A DNA stretch of 33,146 bases from Clostridia bacterium (lineage in GTDB: Bacteria; Bacillota; Clostridia; UMGS1810). Positions 8,737 to 17,238 of the stretch are shown piece after piece (the stretch's first letter is position 1; each line of letters starts with the position of its first letter). Below the pieces are notes generated by a model that made no database searches, was not told where the DNA came from, and was given only the letters and a program-made list of their open reading frames with translations. Both the position numbers and the translations under genes were made by a program. The stretch lies in the NCBI GenBank assembly GCA_045543775.1, contig JAZPXS010000345.1, positions 1-33,146 on the forward strand. Reading direction: 5' to 3'.

Positions 8737-9474
8737 TTACTGTATAAACTCCAATACCAGATTGGCAAACAGATTATTTCCGTTGTCGTCTTTTTTATTT
8801 AAGTAACCGCAATGGGTTGAGTTCATTTCCTTGTAAGTAACCTTTGACATATCGTATCTGAAATGTTTTAGTGTTGACATAACCAGCTCTGTCTGTTCAT
8901 AGCGGTTTTCCATATCGTTATCGGAAACGACAATCATCATGGGAGGATACTCTTTTTCCATACCGATAAAGTACAGGGGTGCTGTTTCGTCAACGATGAT
9001 TCTTCTTGTGTCAATGCCCTTTTCACGAAGAACGTTGAAATGAGACGTGGGTTGTCCTGCATCGTGTATATATCCTGCAATATCATCGGGACAAACACCT
9101 GCATCCAGAAGATATCTCTTGTCAAAGCAAAGCATCATGGATATGTATCCGCCGGCGGAGCTGCCGCCAACAAATAATCTCCTGCAGTTTCCGTATTTTT
9201 GCATATTTGCCTTAACCCATGCAATGGAATTTGCGGAATCCACCAGAAAATCGGGGAACTTTGCATCGTTGTACAGTCTGTAATCCACGGATACAACTGC
9301 AATGTTTTTATTTGTAAGATCTTCGGCAAAAAGATCCGCAGCACCTCTGCTTCCGTTTTCGAGACCGCCTCCGTGAAAATATACAAACACATCAAAATCC
9401 CTGCTGTCATCGGGCAGATATATTTTCATCTTTAAATCGTGCTTTTCGTCATATACTATATCATTAATTACCAT
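8737..9474 (-). CDS. alpha/beta-hydrolase fold-3 esterase (HGGG / GxSxG), cytoplasmic
   Basis: ORF track 8737..9528 starts at a TTG inside the terminator hairpin. The ATG at 9474 (MVINDIVYDEK...) is preceded by GGAGG at 9 nt. HGGGL oxyanion motif and GGSSAGG nucleophile elbow. Confidence 0.7.
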   Translation of the reverse strand: MVINDIVYDEKHDLKMKIYLPDDSRDFDVFVYFHGGGLENGSRGAADLFAEDLTNKNIAVVSVDYRLYNDAKFPDFLVDSANSIAWVKANMQKYGNCRRLFVGGSSAGGYISMMLCFDKRYLLDAGVCPDDIAGYIHDAGQPTSHFNVLREKGIDTRRIIVDETAPLYFIGMEKEYPPMMIVVSDNDMENRYEQTELVMSTLKHFRYDMSKVTYKEMNSTHCGYLNKKDDNGNNLFANLVLEFIQ

Positions 9475-9516
9475 TTGTATAAACCTCCGGGGAAATTTTT
9501 GTATATCGTCAAAATT

Positions 9517-9545
9517 ATTATACAACAAGCGTTGCCAAATGGCAA
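9517..9545 (-). promoter_or_regulatory. candidate internal promoter for the esterase-to-araB sub-operon
   Basis: Minus strand reads TTGCCA (9545-9540), 17-nt spacer, TATAAT (9522-9517). The -35 lies in the descending arm of the terminator hairpin. Confidence 0.4.
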
Positions 9546-9552
9546 CGCTTGT
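9525..9552 (-). terminator. GC-rich hairpin downstream of the 651-aa gene (partial or leaky terminator)
   Basis: 12-bp stem acaagcgttgcc / ggcaacgcttgt with a 4-nt loop. On the minus strand it is followed by TGTATAATAATTTT, an interrupted U-tract. It is the only hairpin of this kind inside the long locus. Confidence 0.5.
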
Positions 9553-9573
9553 ATAATTTTGTTCCGGGATAAA

Positions 9574-11529
9574 TTATTTTTTGTAAAGAGGCTTTAAGGA
9601 GTCAAAGTTATCCCAAGCAAACACCTTAAGCTCCATAGTATCAGCATTTTCAGGAAGATTGGTGAATGTAAATTCATTTTCACCCATCTTGCCTGCAACT
9701 ATATTTTTGGTCTGTGCCCATACGAGCTTATCAGAGTTTTCTCCGCTAAAGAGTGCTGCAATAACCATTGCATTGAGTTCATCAACATTTTCGTTTGTAA
9801 ATGTTACGGGAACTGTCACTTGTGTTCCGTTATATGCAGGCGTGCCCACTGCCATTGTACCTACGCTGTAAACAGGTGTCTTTAAGGAGAGTGCAGTTGT
9901 GGAGCCTGTTGCAAGTCCCTGATTATTAAGTCCCTTGATACCGGAAAGGTCAAGAGTATAGCTTGTGTCATAATCAAGAGGAGTAACAGGTGCTATTTCT
10001 ACAAGAGATGAACCTGTAAACTTAACGGTAGCTGAAATCTCTTTGTCTGCTGAAACAAACTTAGCAGTAGAACCATCTGCTACTATTCCGTCAAAGGAAA
10101 CTTTAACAGCAGGAGTTGTTGTGCTGAGATTTTCTTTAGATTTTCCACCCAGAATTTCTGTCATAACGCTACCATTAATAATATTTGATACTGTTGACTC
10201 TTCGTGAATAACTTTAACATTATCAATTGAGAATTCAGTATCAGCTACGCCATATCCCTCAAACCACACAGCAGCAAAGGTTATAGCAGTTGTATCTGCC
10301 TCATCCGATAAAACAACGTTTCCATCTTTATCATAAATTTTAATGGTAAGGTGATTTGTTGTACCTTTATTTTCAAAAGTAGTTACAATTGTGTACCACA
10401 CATCTCTTGTGTATGCAACCGCTTTGCCGTCTGTAAACGGAGGTCTCAATCGGAAAGTACCATTGTGCACCCAAAGATATTCATTGTAATCGTTGACACC
10501 AAGCTGTGCAATAGAAGTTCCCGCTGATGTGTCAGTTGCTCTCAAATCGTTGGTGATTTTGAAATCAAACGCTGTGTATGCTACCCCTGTTTCAAAGGTT
10601 GTAGATTTACTTGCTCCATTGGGCTTATAGCTACCCAATGTTTTTATAGCAGGGCTGATATTGCCATCACATTCTTCTCTGGTAATTGTAGAACGCTCAC
10701 CATCGTATATGTATCTACTTGCCCAGTTTCCGCTGGTTCCCATATATGCTTCCAATTTTCCGTTTGTCCAGCCTTCAAAAGTTTCGTTTGCCACTACTGT
10801 TTTAGTAGAGGGAGAAGAACCGTAACTTGATGCAGTGATGTTCAAAGCGTCTGTACCGTCGCCCTGAATTATTCTGATTTCATCAAGAGCAATTGATGCA
10901 TTTTCCAACATATTTACGTTCTTTATTCTTATATACTGAGATGTCTCGTTTCTGGAAGCTGTGTTGATATGTCCGTGCATATCAGAAACTTTAATCTCTG
11001 TTTTGCCCACTGTCATTTTAACCTGTACGTCAACCCATTCGCCTTCAATACATTTAAATCTTACTGTATCACCGGCGTGCCACCACATATAGGTATCGCC
11101 GTTTTTCTGAATGTACATCAATGAGCTGCCGGCACTTGTCTGAATCTGAAAAGCCTGTGTTTCGTCTATACTGTCTACAATTTTCATTTTGAAGTTAAGA
11201 TATACGGGTTCATCTGCAGTAGGTGCAAAGTTCGCATTTTTCTTACCATCTCGTATATCAATCAAAAAACCGCTGCCGCCATCTTCTACAAATGTAACAG
11301 CATTTCCCATATATCCATCATTTGTTATGGATATAGCAGCTCCGTTTGGTCTGAAATAGTTACAGTTATCAAACGCATTTGAATAAGCTGCAATATCTGC
11401 TGCCGAAATAGTTCCGACACTAAGGTCATCAAATGTATCTACCTGGTTGATGCTTGTTGCTGCCTGTGCCACACAAACCAGTGACAGGAGCATTGTTATG
11501 CACAAAAACATTGCACATAATTTTTTCAT
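9574..11529 (-). CDS. secreted protein with two LamG/ConA-like jelly-roll modules, a Big_5 (SbsA Ig)-like domain and a C-terminal beta domain
   Basis: 651 aa. Signal peptide MKKLCAMFLCITMLLSLVCVAQA. N-terminal module is paralogous to the 427-aa neighbour (FAPTADEPVYLNFKMKI, LDEIRIIQG). A second module ends IDNVKVIHE. YTLDLSGIKGLNNQG is Big_5-like. Confidence 0.6.
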   Translation of the reverse strand: MKKLCAMFLCITMLLSLVCVAQAATSINQVDTFDDLSVGTISAADIAAYSNAFDNCNYFRPNGAAISITNDGYMGNAVTFVEDGGSGFLIDIRDGKKNANFAPTADEPVYLNFKMKIVDSIDETQAFQIQTSAGSSLMYIQKNGDTYMWWHAGDTVRFKCIEGEWVDVQVKMTVGKTEIKVSDMHGHINTASRNETSQYIRIKNVNMLENASIALDEIRIIQGDGTDALNITASSYGSSPSTKTVVANETFEGWTNGKLEAYMGTSGNWASRYIYDGERSTITREECDGNISPAIKTLGSYKPNGASKSTTFETGVAYTAFDFKITNDLRATDTSAGTSIAQLGVNDYNEYLWVHNGTFRLRPPFTDGKAVAYTRDVWYTIVTTFENKGTTNHLTIKIYDKDGNVVLSDEADTTAITFAAVWFEGYGVADTEFSIDNVKVIHEESTVSNIINGSVMTEILGGKSKENLSTTTPAVKVSFDGIVADGSTAKFVSADKEISATVKFTGSSLVEIAPVTPLDYDTSYTLDLSGIKGLNNQGLATGSTTALSLKTPVYSVGTMAVGTPAYNGTQVTVPVTFTNENVDELNAMVIAALFSGENSDKLVWAQTKNIVAGKMGENEFTFTNLPENADTMELKVFAWDNFDSLKPLYKK

Positions 11530-11559
11530 AATAAATCATCCTCTCAAATAAATAATATT

Positions 11560-12843
11560 TTATTCAAAGCAATTTATTGCTTCACATACAGGAATAAGTT
11601 TTGGTGAATCGGCAAAAACCAAAATAGTTAAATCACTAAGCTCTTTGCCCTCAGGGAGAGTATATGATGAAAGAATTAATTTGCCGTCAGCATCAATGAC
11701 ACCGTTTCTAAAGTCTAAATAAGACATCTCTCCGTCAGAGTAAATGACACTAAGAATTTTTACATCTGTTGTCGGATAGCCGTTTGTACCGTCAAATGTA
11801 AGTTCAATGGCAGGGGTATCACCAGAGGATATATTCAAGCCGTTCTCTGCAAGGGTGAGTCTGCTGGCTATTTCTGTAGTAAATGTAAATTCATAAGCCG
11901 GTACTTCCAAACCATCCATATCCTCAACGCCGGATAACGTAACGGTATATTCGGTATCCTTATCCAGCATATCTTCAAATATGACATTTACTGTTTCATA
12001 GCTTGTTGTAACCTGATACTTATCAGTGTCCACGGTGTTACCGTCTTGGTCTGTTACAGTAACAACCACATTATCCTCACTAACCTTCATAAAGGGTTCA
12101 TAACGGAAACTAAATTCAGGCATTCTGCTTACATTTTCTGTCTCAGGAGTATTTACCGGCTCCGTTGAGATTTCCTCGCCTTGGGAAATTCTTATTTCAT
12201 CAAATATGATTTGCTGTCCTGCAACAGAAGCCCATCCATTGCCGCGGCAGGAATACATATATAAATAGTTAGCGTTATTTGCTCTGTAACCGGTTACCGA
12301 TGTACCATACTTATCGGTAATTCTGATGTCTGCACGATTTGGTGAAAACTTAACCTGTATGTCGTACCATTCACCGGGTGTGCAGGTGAGATTACCGCTT
12401 TTGTTAGTGGGCATAAAGATATAATCACTGCCGCTTGTCATAATGTAGCACAGGGAATCATATCCGGAATTTATCAGAAAATCTCCGGTATTTCCATCAA
12501 CTTTCAGCTTGAATGAAACATATACAGGTGCATCCGCAGTGGGTGCAAATACTGCAGTATCATTCAGAAGTGCTATCTGGAATTTTGTGGCATCGTTTTC
12601 TGTGATTTTGAGTGCTTTTCCGCTATAACCGTCCTCTATAATTTCAAGAGAAGAACCTTCGGGATAGAACCAGCTTCCAAAGGCCTTTGCATATGTTGTA
12701 ACATCTGCGGCTGAAACGGTTCCGGTATTTAAGGTGTCAAAAGAGTCAAGCGAGCTTAGAACAGGAGTGTCTGCCGACACTACAACTGCACTTCCAAGCA
12801 GCATAACCGCAGCTATAAGAAAGAAAGCTATATATTTCTTCAT
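11560..12843 (-). CDS. secreted LamG/ConA-like plus Big_5-like protein (paralogue of 9574..11529)
   Basis: 427 aa. Signal peptide ending VVSA/DT. FAPTADAPVYVSFKLKV and FDEIRISQG match the neighbour. YTVTLSGVEDMDGLEV is Big_5-like. AAGGAGGA SD. Confidence 0.6.
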   Translation of the reverse strand: MKKYIAFFLIAAVMLLGSAVVVSADTPVLSSLDSFDTLNTGTVSAADVTTYAKAFGSWFYPEGSSLEIIEDGYSGKALKITENDATKFQIALLNDTAVFAPTADAPVYVSFKLKVDGNTGDFLINSGYDSLCYIMTSGSDYIFMPTNKSGNLTCTPGEWYDIQVKFSPNRADIRITDKYGTSVTGYRANNANYLYMYSCRGNGWASVAGQQIIFDEIRISQGEEISTEPVNTPETENVSRMPEFSFRYEPFMKVSEDNVVVTVTDQDGNTVDTDKYQVTTSYETVNVIFEDMLDKDTEYTVTLSGVEDMDGLEVPAYEFTFTTEIASRLTLAENGLNISSGDTPAIELTFDGTNGYPTTDVKILSVIYSDGEMSYLDFRNGVIDADGKLILSSYTLPEGKELSDLTILVFADSPKLIPVCEAINCFE

Positions 12844-12860
12844 TTATTATCTCCTCCTTT

Positions 12861-15482
12861 CTACTCCCAGATATAAACGGCTGCACTATAGAATGCGTAA
12901 GCACCCATATGGATGAAGACCGTTACCTTTTCGGCACTGTTTATATATGTGGGAATGTTCTGGAAATCTCCGCTATAAAGCGTTATTGTTCCGTCTATCA
13001 TATTGTACACGGGGATTTTTGCGGGGTATTTGTACGCAAACACAAACTTTTCATCTTCGGTTACATCACTGAGGTCAGTCTTTGCCACAGCTTCAAAGTG
13101 AGTTGCATTTGTGTTGTAGAGTGTACCGTATTCGTAGTGAAGTCCGCTGGCGGTTAGATCGTCTATATGCATTGTGGGTTCTTTTTCTACGGCAAATGCC
13201 CTCTCAAGCTTGACGATTTTTCCGCTTGCATTCTCTGCAAAACGTACGATATCTCCCTTTCTTATATCAGAAAGTGTCTTGTTTGTAGCTTCGGACACAT
13301 CGGTAAATATGAACTCGTCGCCATCAATCAAATCCTTTGTAATACTGCCTGCGTAACCGTGGAGGTAGAATCTTGTCACATCGTCACCGCTGTCGTTAAG
13401 AGTTTTTACTACCTTTTCTACCATATATGCACGATTCATAAAGCTGATATCGTCACTTACATCTGCATATACAAGTATGCAGGCTGTCTTACCTACCTCA
13501 CCGATATCGTAGCTTTCGTAGTTATAAAAAGTGGATGAAGCGAAAATCAATGGTGACTCTGCCTTAAAGGCGGATTCGTCTGCATCTGCATCGTCTGTTA
13601 CATAGAACACCTTGGTGTCGGAAGCAACAACGGTTCTGTGATCTTCAAATCCGTTGAAGTCGCCCCAGTAACGCATCGCGGTATCCTTTGCACTATAATC
13701 CAGAGAAAGCGAAGTATCTGGAACTTCCTTATCGCCGATATTGGCAGTATCTATGGCTATAATCACACCGCCGGAGAGCTTGTATCTTATGAGCTGACGG
13801 GAATTGAGGACTGCCGGAAGAGTGTATCCGCCATCTATAACCTCTCTGTCTCCGTCGAGGAAATATTTTTCCTTTACATCATAGACAAGAAGCTCGGAAT
13901 CATTATTTAATATCTTAACCTGCATCTTGCTGTCAAATGCATTGCTGTTTACTCCGGCAGCCATAAGATATCCGTACTGCATTTGCTCACCCGATTCTAC
14001 AAGTTCAAAATCGCAAATGGCTCCGAAAGCATCAATTGAAAATTTGTAGGTCGATGCCAATTCAAGAGGATTCTTGACATTCATATCGGATATTACATTC
14101 AAAAGACTGCCGGGAACAAATGTTCTTTCGTCTATTACACACTCCTCAGCGGACATATGCTCAAGCACGCCGGTAACTTTTCGATTGCTTACATATACTC
14201 TCACAAACTCTGCCTTGGAATAATCAAAGCTCAGCTTTCCTGCAGAAATTGTATAAGCATCACACGCAATACTTACTACGGAGTCTGCCTTTATGGCAGC
14301 CATACCGACCTTCATATTGTTTTCGTACAGAGCAAAGGCATTGTCATTTCCATCAAAGTCTATATGCTGTTTGGTGTATTTTGTGTTTATGGCATTACTC
14401 TGAATGCTTGCACTCTCTACTACTTCTGTAACGCATAATGACATATCAACTGTGTCATAGCCGCCGTTATTATCGGAATCGAATACCTCCATAGTACCCG
14501 AGGTGAATACACTGAAAAGCTCCTTGGTTAAATCTCCGGGTTTACCATTTACGATAATTGTTGCAGTGTGAGGAATGCTCACTCTTTTTCCGTCATCGTA
14601 CTTAAATTCCACCTGACTTCTGCCAACCTTAACGTCGTATATGTCGTCGGGATAAAGTGTGAGGGATTCTCCGCTTATGTCTGCAAGACTTACAACAGTT
14701 TTTACTCCACCGACACTGCGAAGATAGTACTTTACCAATCTTCCTGCAAGGGCATCATCAATATCACACTCAGCCTTGTAGATTTTACCGTCGAGATTTA
14801 TGTAGCCTTCCTCACAAAGAACGGCACCCACACTTCTTGAATCTGTGGAAAGCAGCTTAGCCTCTCCTGTTATGAGATTTTTGCTTTCAAGAACTGTCGG
14901 CTGTGCCATCAAAGCACCGTCGTAGGAAATCTCTGCCGGAAGAATTTCCAAAGCATTGAGTATCATAGTTGCCAGGTCGCTTTTTGTAGGATATCCGTCC
15001 GAGGGAGCGACTACGCCGTCAACAAGTCCTATTCTCTTTGCAGAATTCAAATAGGCAGAAACTGTTCCGCCGTTGGCAAGAGCAACTCTGTCGTAATCAA
15101 GAAGAGTTACAAGAGCTATAACTGCATCGTTGTATGTAACCTTCTCATTGGGATTAAAATTGCCATTGCCATCAAGAGCAAGATACTTCTTTTCTATTGT
15201 ATATGCTGCTGCCTGCTTGTCATCCTGCTTATCAACATCGTGTACAAGCTCAGTATCTGCAACTGCCGGAAAATACTCTGGATCGAGTTTGCAAAGCATT
15301 CTGGCAAATTCCATTCTTGTATAATTCACGTGAAAGTACGGAAATTTGACCGCAGTAGCTATGCCTAAATCCTCCAAAACCTCAGCAGGATTTGTTCCAT
15401 AGAATGCAAATGCCAGATTTGCAGGGATAAGCATAGTAAAAGCAATTATTAACGAAAGTACTTTTTTTAGTGTTTTATTCAT
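12861..15482 (-). CDS. large surface protein with divergent N-terminal SLH-like triplet and beta-rich repeats (S-layer-associated, function unknown)
   Basis: 873 aa. Signal peptide ...ANLAFA. Three degenerate SLH-like segments (YTRMEFARMLCKL; GNGNFNPNEKVTYNDAVIALVTLL; GYPTKSDLATMILNAL). The start codon overlaps the upstream stop (ATGA at 15479-15482). Confidence 0.6.
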   Translation of the reverse strand: MNKTLKKVLSLIIAFTMLIPANLAFAFYGTNPAEVLEDLGIATAVKFPYFHVNYTRMEFARMLCKLDPEYFPAVADTELVHDVDKQDDKQAAAYTIEKKYLALDGNGNFNPNEKVTYNDAVIALVTLLDYDRVALANGGTVSAYLNSAKRIGLVDGVVAPSDGYPTKSDLATMILNALEILPAEISYDGALMAQPTVLESKNLITGEAKLLSTDSRSVGAVLCEEGYINLDGKIYKAECDIDDALAGRLVKYYLRSVGGVKTVVSLADISGESLTLYPDDIYDVKVGRSQVEFKYDDGKRVSIPHTATIIVNGKPGDLTKELFSVFTSGTMEVFDSDNNGGYDTVDMSLCVTEVVESASIQSNAINTKYTKQHIDFDGNDNAFALYENNMKVGMAAIKADSVVSIACDAYTISAGKLSFDYSKAEFVRVYVSNRKVTGVLEHMSAEECVIDERTFVPGSLLNVISDMNVKNPLELASTYKFSIDAFGAICDFELVESGEQMQYGYLMAAGVNSNAFDSKMQVKILNNDSELLVYDVKEKYFLDGDREVIDGGYTLPAVLNSRQLIRYKLSGGVIIAIDTANIGDKEVPDTSLSLDYSAKDTAMRYWGDFNGFEDHRTVVASDTKVFYVTDDADADESAFKAESPLIFASSTFYNYESYDIGEVGKTACILVYADVSDDISFMNRAYMVEKVVKTLNDSGDDVTRFYLHGYAGSITKDLIDGDEFIFTDVSEATNKTLSDIRKGDIVRFAENASGKIVKLERAFAVEKEPTMHIDDLTASGLHYEYGTLYNTNATHFEAVAKTDLSDVTEDEKFVFAYKYPAKIPVYNMIDGTITLYSGDFQNIPTYINSAEKVTVFIHMGAYAFYSAAVYIWE

Positions 15483-17218
15483 TTTGCTCCTCCCTTCTTG
15501 TCAAGAAGCCTGCAAAGCACTGCACAGCTCTCTGCTCTGGATATGGAATTCATAGGTTTGAATGTTCCGTCGGTGTAACCGTTTATAATGCCGGAAGCGT
15601 TCATAACTGCTATAGAATCCAAAGCATAGGGTGCAATATCGCCTTTATCTGCAAAAGCTACCTCTGTGTCTGACTTTGATGCAAGTGCACGGCTTAATAT
15701 AACTGCCGCATCCTGTCTGGAAAGGGTGTCCCCTATACCAAAGGTGCCGTCACTCTTGCCGGATATGAGTCCTGCATTGACCGCAGCGGTAACATAGGGT
15801 GCATACCACGCATCTACAGTTACATCTGCAAAATCAGAAGTTTTTTTGCTTATATCAAGCTTAAGTGCAGAAACAACGAGTTTGATAAACTCTTCCTTTG
15901 TAATGGAGGCATCAGGACTGAATGTTTTTTCATCCTTGCCTGCTACTACACCGATGTTGTAGAGTCTGGACACATATTCGTATGCCCAGTGAGTGATTGC
16001 AACATCATTAAAGCTGAGGGGTTTAATCTGTTCCTTTTCCGACTCTTCGGTTACTTCAACAACGGGAGGTCTGTATGAGCCGCCTCCGCCGCTGCTTACA
16101 CGGTTTGAACTGCTGTCGTCCTCGTCTTCTTCCTCAAGACTATCCAGAGCATCGTTATATAGACTAAGGACATCATCATATTCCAAAACTCCATCCTTGT
16201 TTTCGATAATGTAGCTGCAGATGTCTGCCCTGTCATAGTCCGAAAGTCCGCCATCAAGATATGCATCCTTGTCAAGACCGAAGACCTCATAGTATTTCAA
16301 TATAAAATCTTCTGCATCGCCTTTGACAACAACATTATCTTTGAGAACTTCAAGACCGGTAAGAGCCGTAAATTCATTGGCAATACCCTTACCTCTTGTG
16401 ATTTTTGCACTCTTTACTGCAGTCTTTATTGCAGTAAGTATGCTCTCTTTGGTATCACTGCCAAGTAAGCTGAAATCGTCATCCTCGTCTATATCCACAC
16501 TCCAGTACTTGGTGTTGTACTTTGCAAGTGCAGATAGTGTATCGTCACTTTCTGCAAGCTCCTGAAGTGCAAGTGCCTCGTTAAAGGATGTACTGAAATT
16601 GAGTACCGCTGACATATTCTTGTTGGGTTTTCCCTCTTCAAAGGGTGCAAAGGTCTTTAATATTCCGTGAAAAGCTGTCTTTTCCGAGATATTTTCATAG
16701 CTCTCTTTGTCAACACCTATGTTGGAGAGCAAATCCAGATTGGAATCAGTGAGTATGAGTGAGTAGTCTGCATCTTCACTGTTAAAGCTCTTTACCAGAG
16801 ATTCCAACTCGTCAGCATTAATGTGCTTGAAGCTATCTATCTTTACAAGCTCATTTTCGCCCATATAACTCATATAGACAGCACATATGCCGCTTTTGAG
16901 TCCGTCTTTCAGGTTGATTTTGTAGCCTTCGCTTCCAAATGAGAGTGCATCGTCAAGAGTAGTTATTCCAACATACTCCAGAATGCCGTTATATGCTTCT
17001 GTGCTGTTTGCACCTTCAATTTCTGAAAGCTCCCGTTCAGAACCGTCAGCTGCCGGATTTACAATAATTATTGCAACCGGATTTTCTGCATTGGCATTTT
17101 CTACTGTTCCTTTGACAATTACCGATGTTCCATCGTATGAAATTTCGGGAGCCGCACTGACAACAAATGTCGAAAACAGCAAAAGAAAAGCCAAAGCTAA
17201 GGTTATAGTTTTTTTCAT
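15479..17218 (-). CDS. surface protein with C-terminal triple SLH domain, acidic/Gly-rich linker and unknown N-terminal domains
   Basis: 579 aa. Signal peptide ...VVSA/AP. Linker EEEDEDDSSSNRVSSGGGGSYRPP. Three clear SLH repeats (FNDVAITHWAYEYV..., FADVTVDAWYAPYV..., FADKGDIAPYALDS...). AAGGAG SD. Confidence 0.7.
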   Translation of the reverse strand: MKKTITLALAFLLLFSTFVVSAAPEISYDGTSVIVKGTVENANAENPVAIIIVNPAADGSERELSEIEGANSTEAYNGILEYVGITTLDDALSFGSEGYKINLKDGLKSGICAVYMSYMGENELVKIDSFKHINADELESLVKSFNSEDADYSLILTDSNLDLLSNIGVDKESYENISEKTAFHGILKTFAPFEEGKPNKNMSAVLNFSTSFNEALALQELAESDDTLSALAKYNTKYWSVDIDEDDDFSLLGSDTKESILTAIKTAVKSAKITRGKGIANEFTALTGLEVLKDNVVVKGDAEDFILKYYEVFGLDKDAYLDGGLSDYDRADICSYIIENKDGVLEYDDVLSLYNDALDSLEEEDEDDSSSNRVSSGGGGSYRPPVVEVTEESEKEQIKPLSFNDVAITHWAYEYVSRLYNIGVVAGKDEKTFSPDASITKEEFIKLVVSALKLDISKKTSDFADVTVDAWYAPYVTAAVNAGLISGKSDGTFGIGDTLSRQDAAVILSRALASKSDTEVAFADKGDIAPYALDSIAVMNASGIINGYTDGTFKPMNSISRAESCAVLCRLLDKKGGAK

Positions 17219-17238
17219 ACTGACACTCCTTTTGTCAA

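Noticed and set aside
9552-9557. Plus-strand TATAAT next to the 9525-9552 hairpin.
   Set aside because: There is no plus-strand gene downstream and no matching -35. It is a coincidental by-product of AT-rich sequence.
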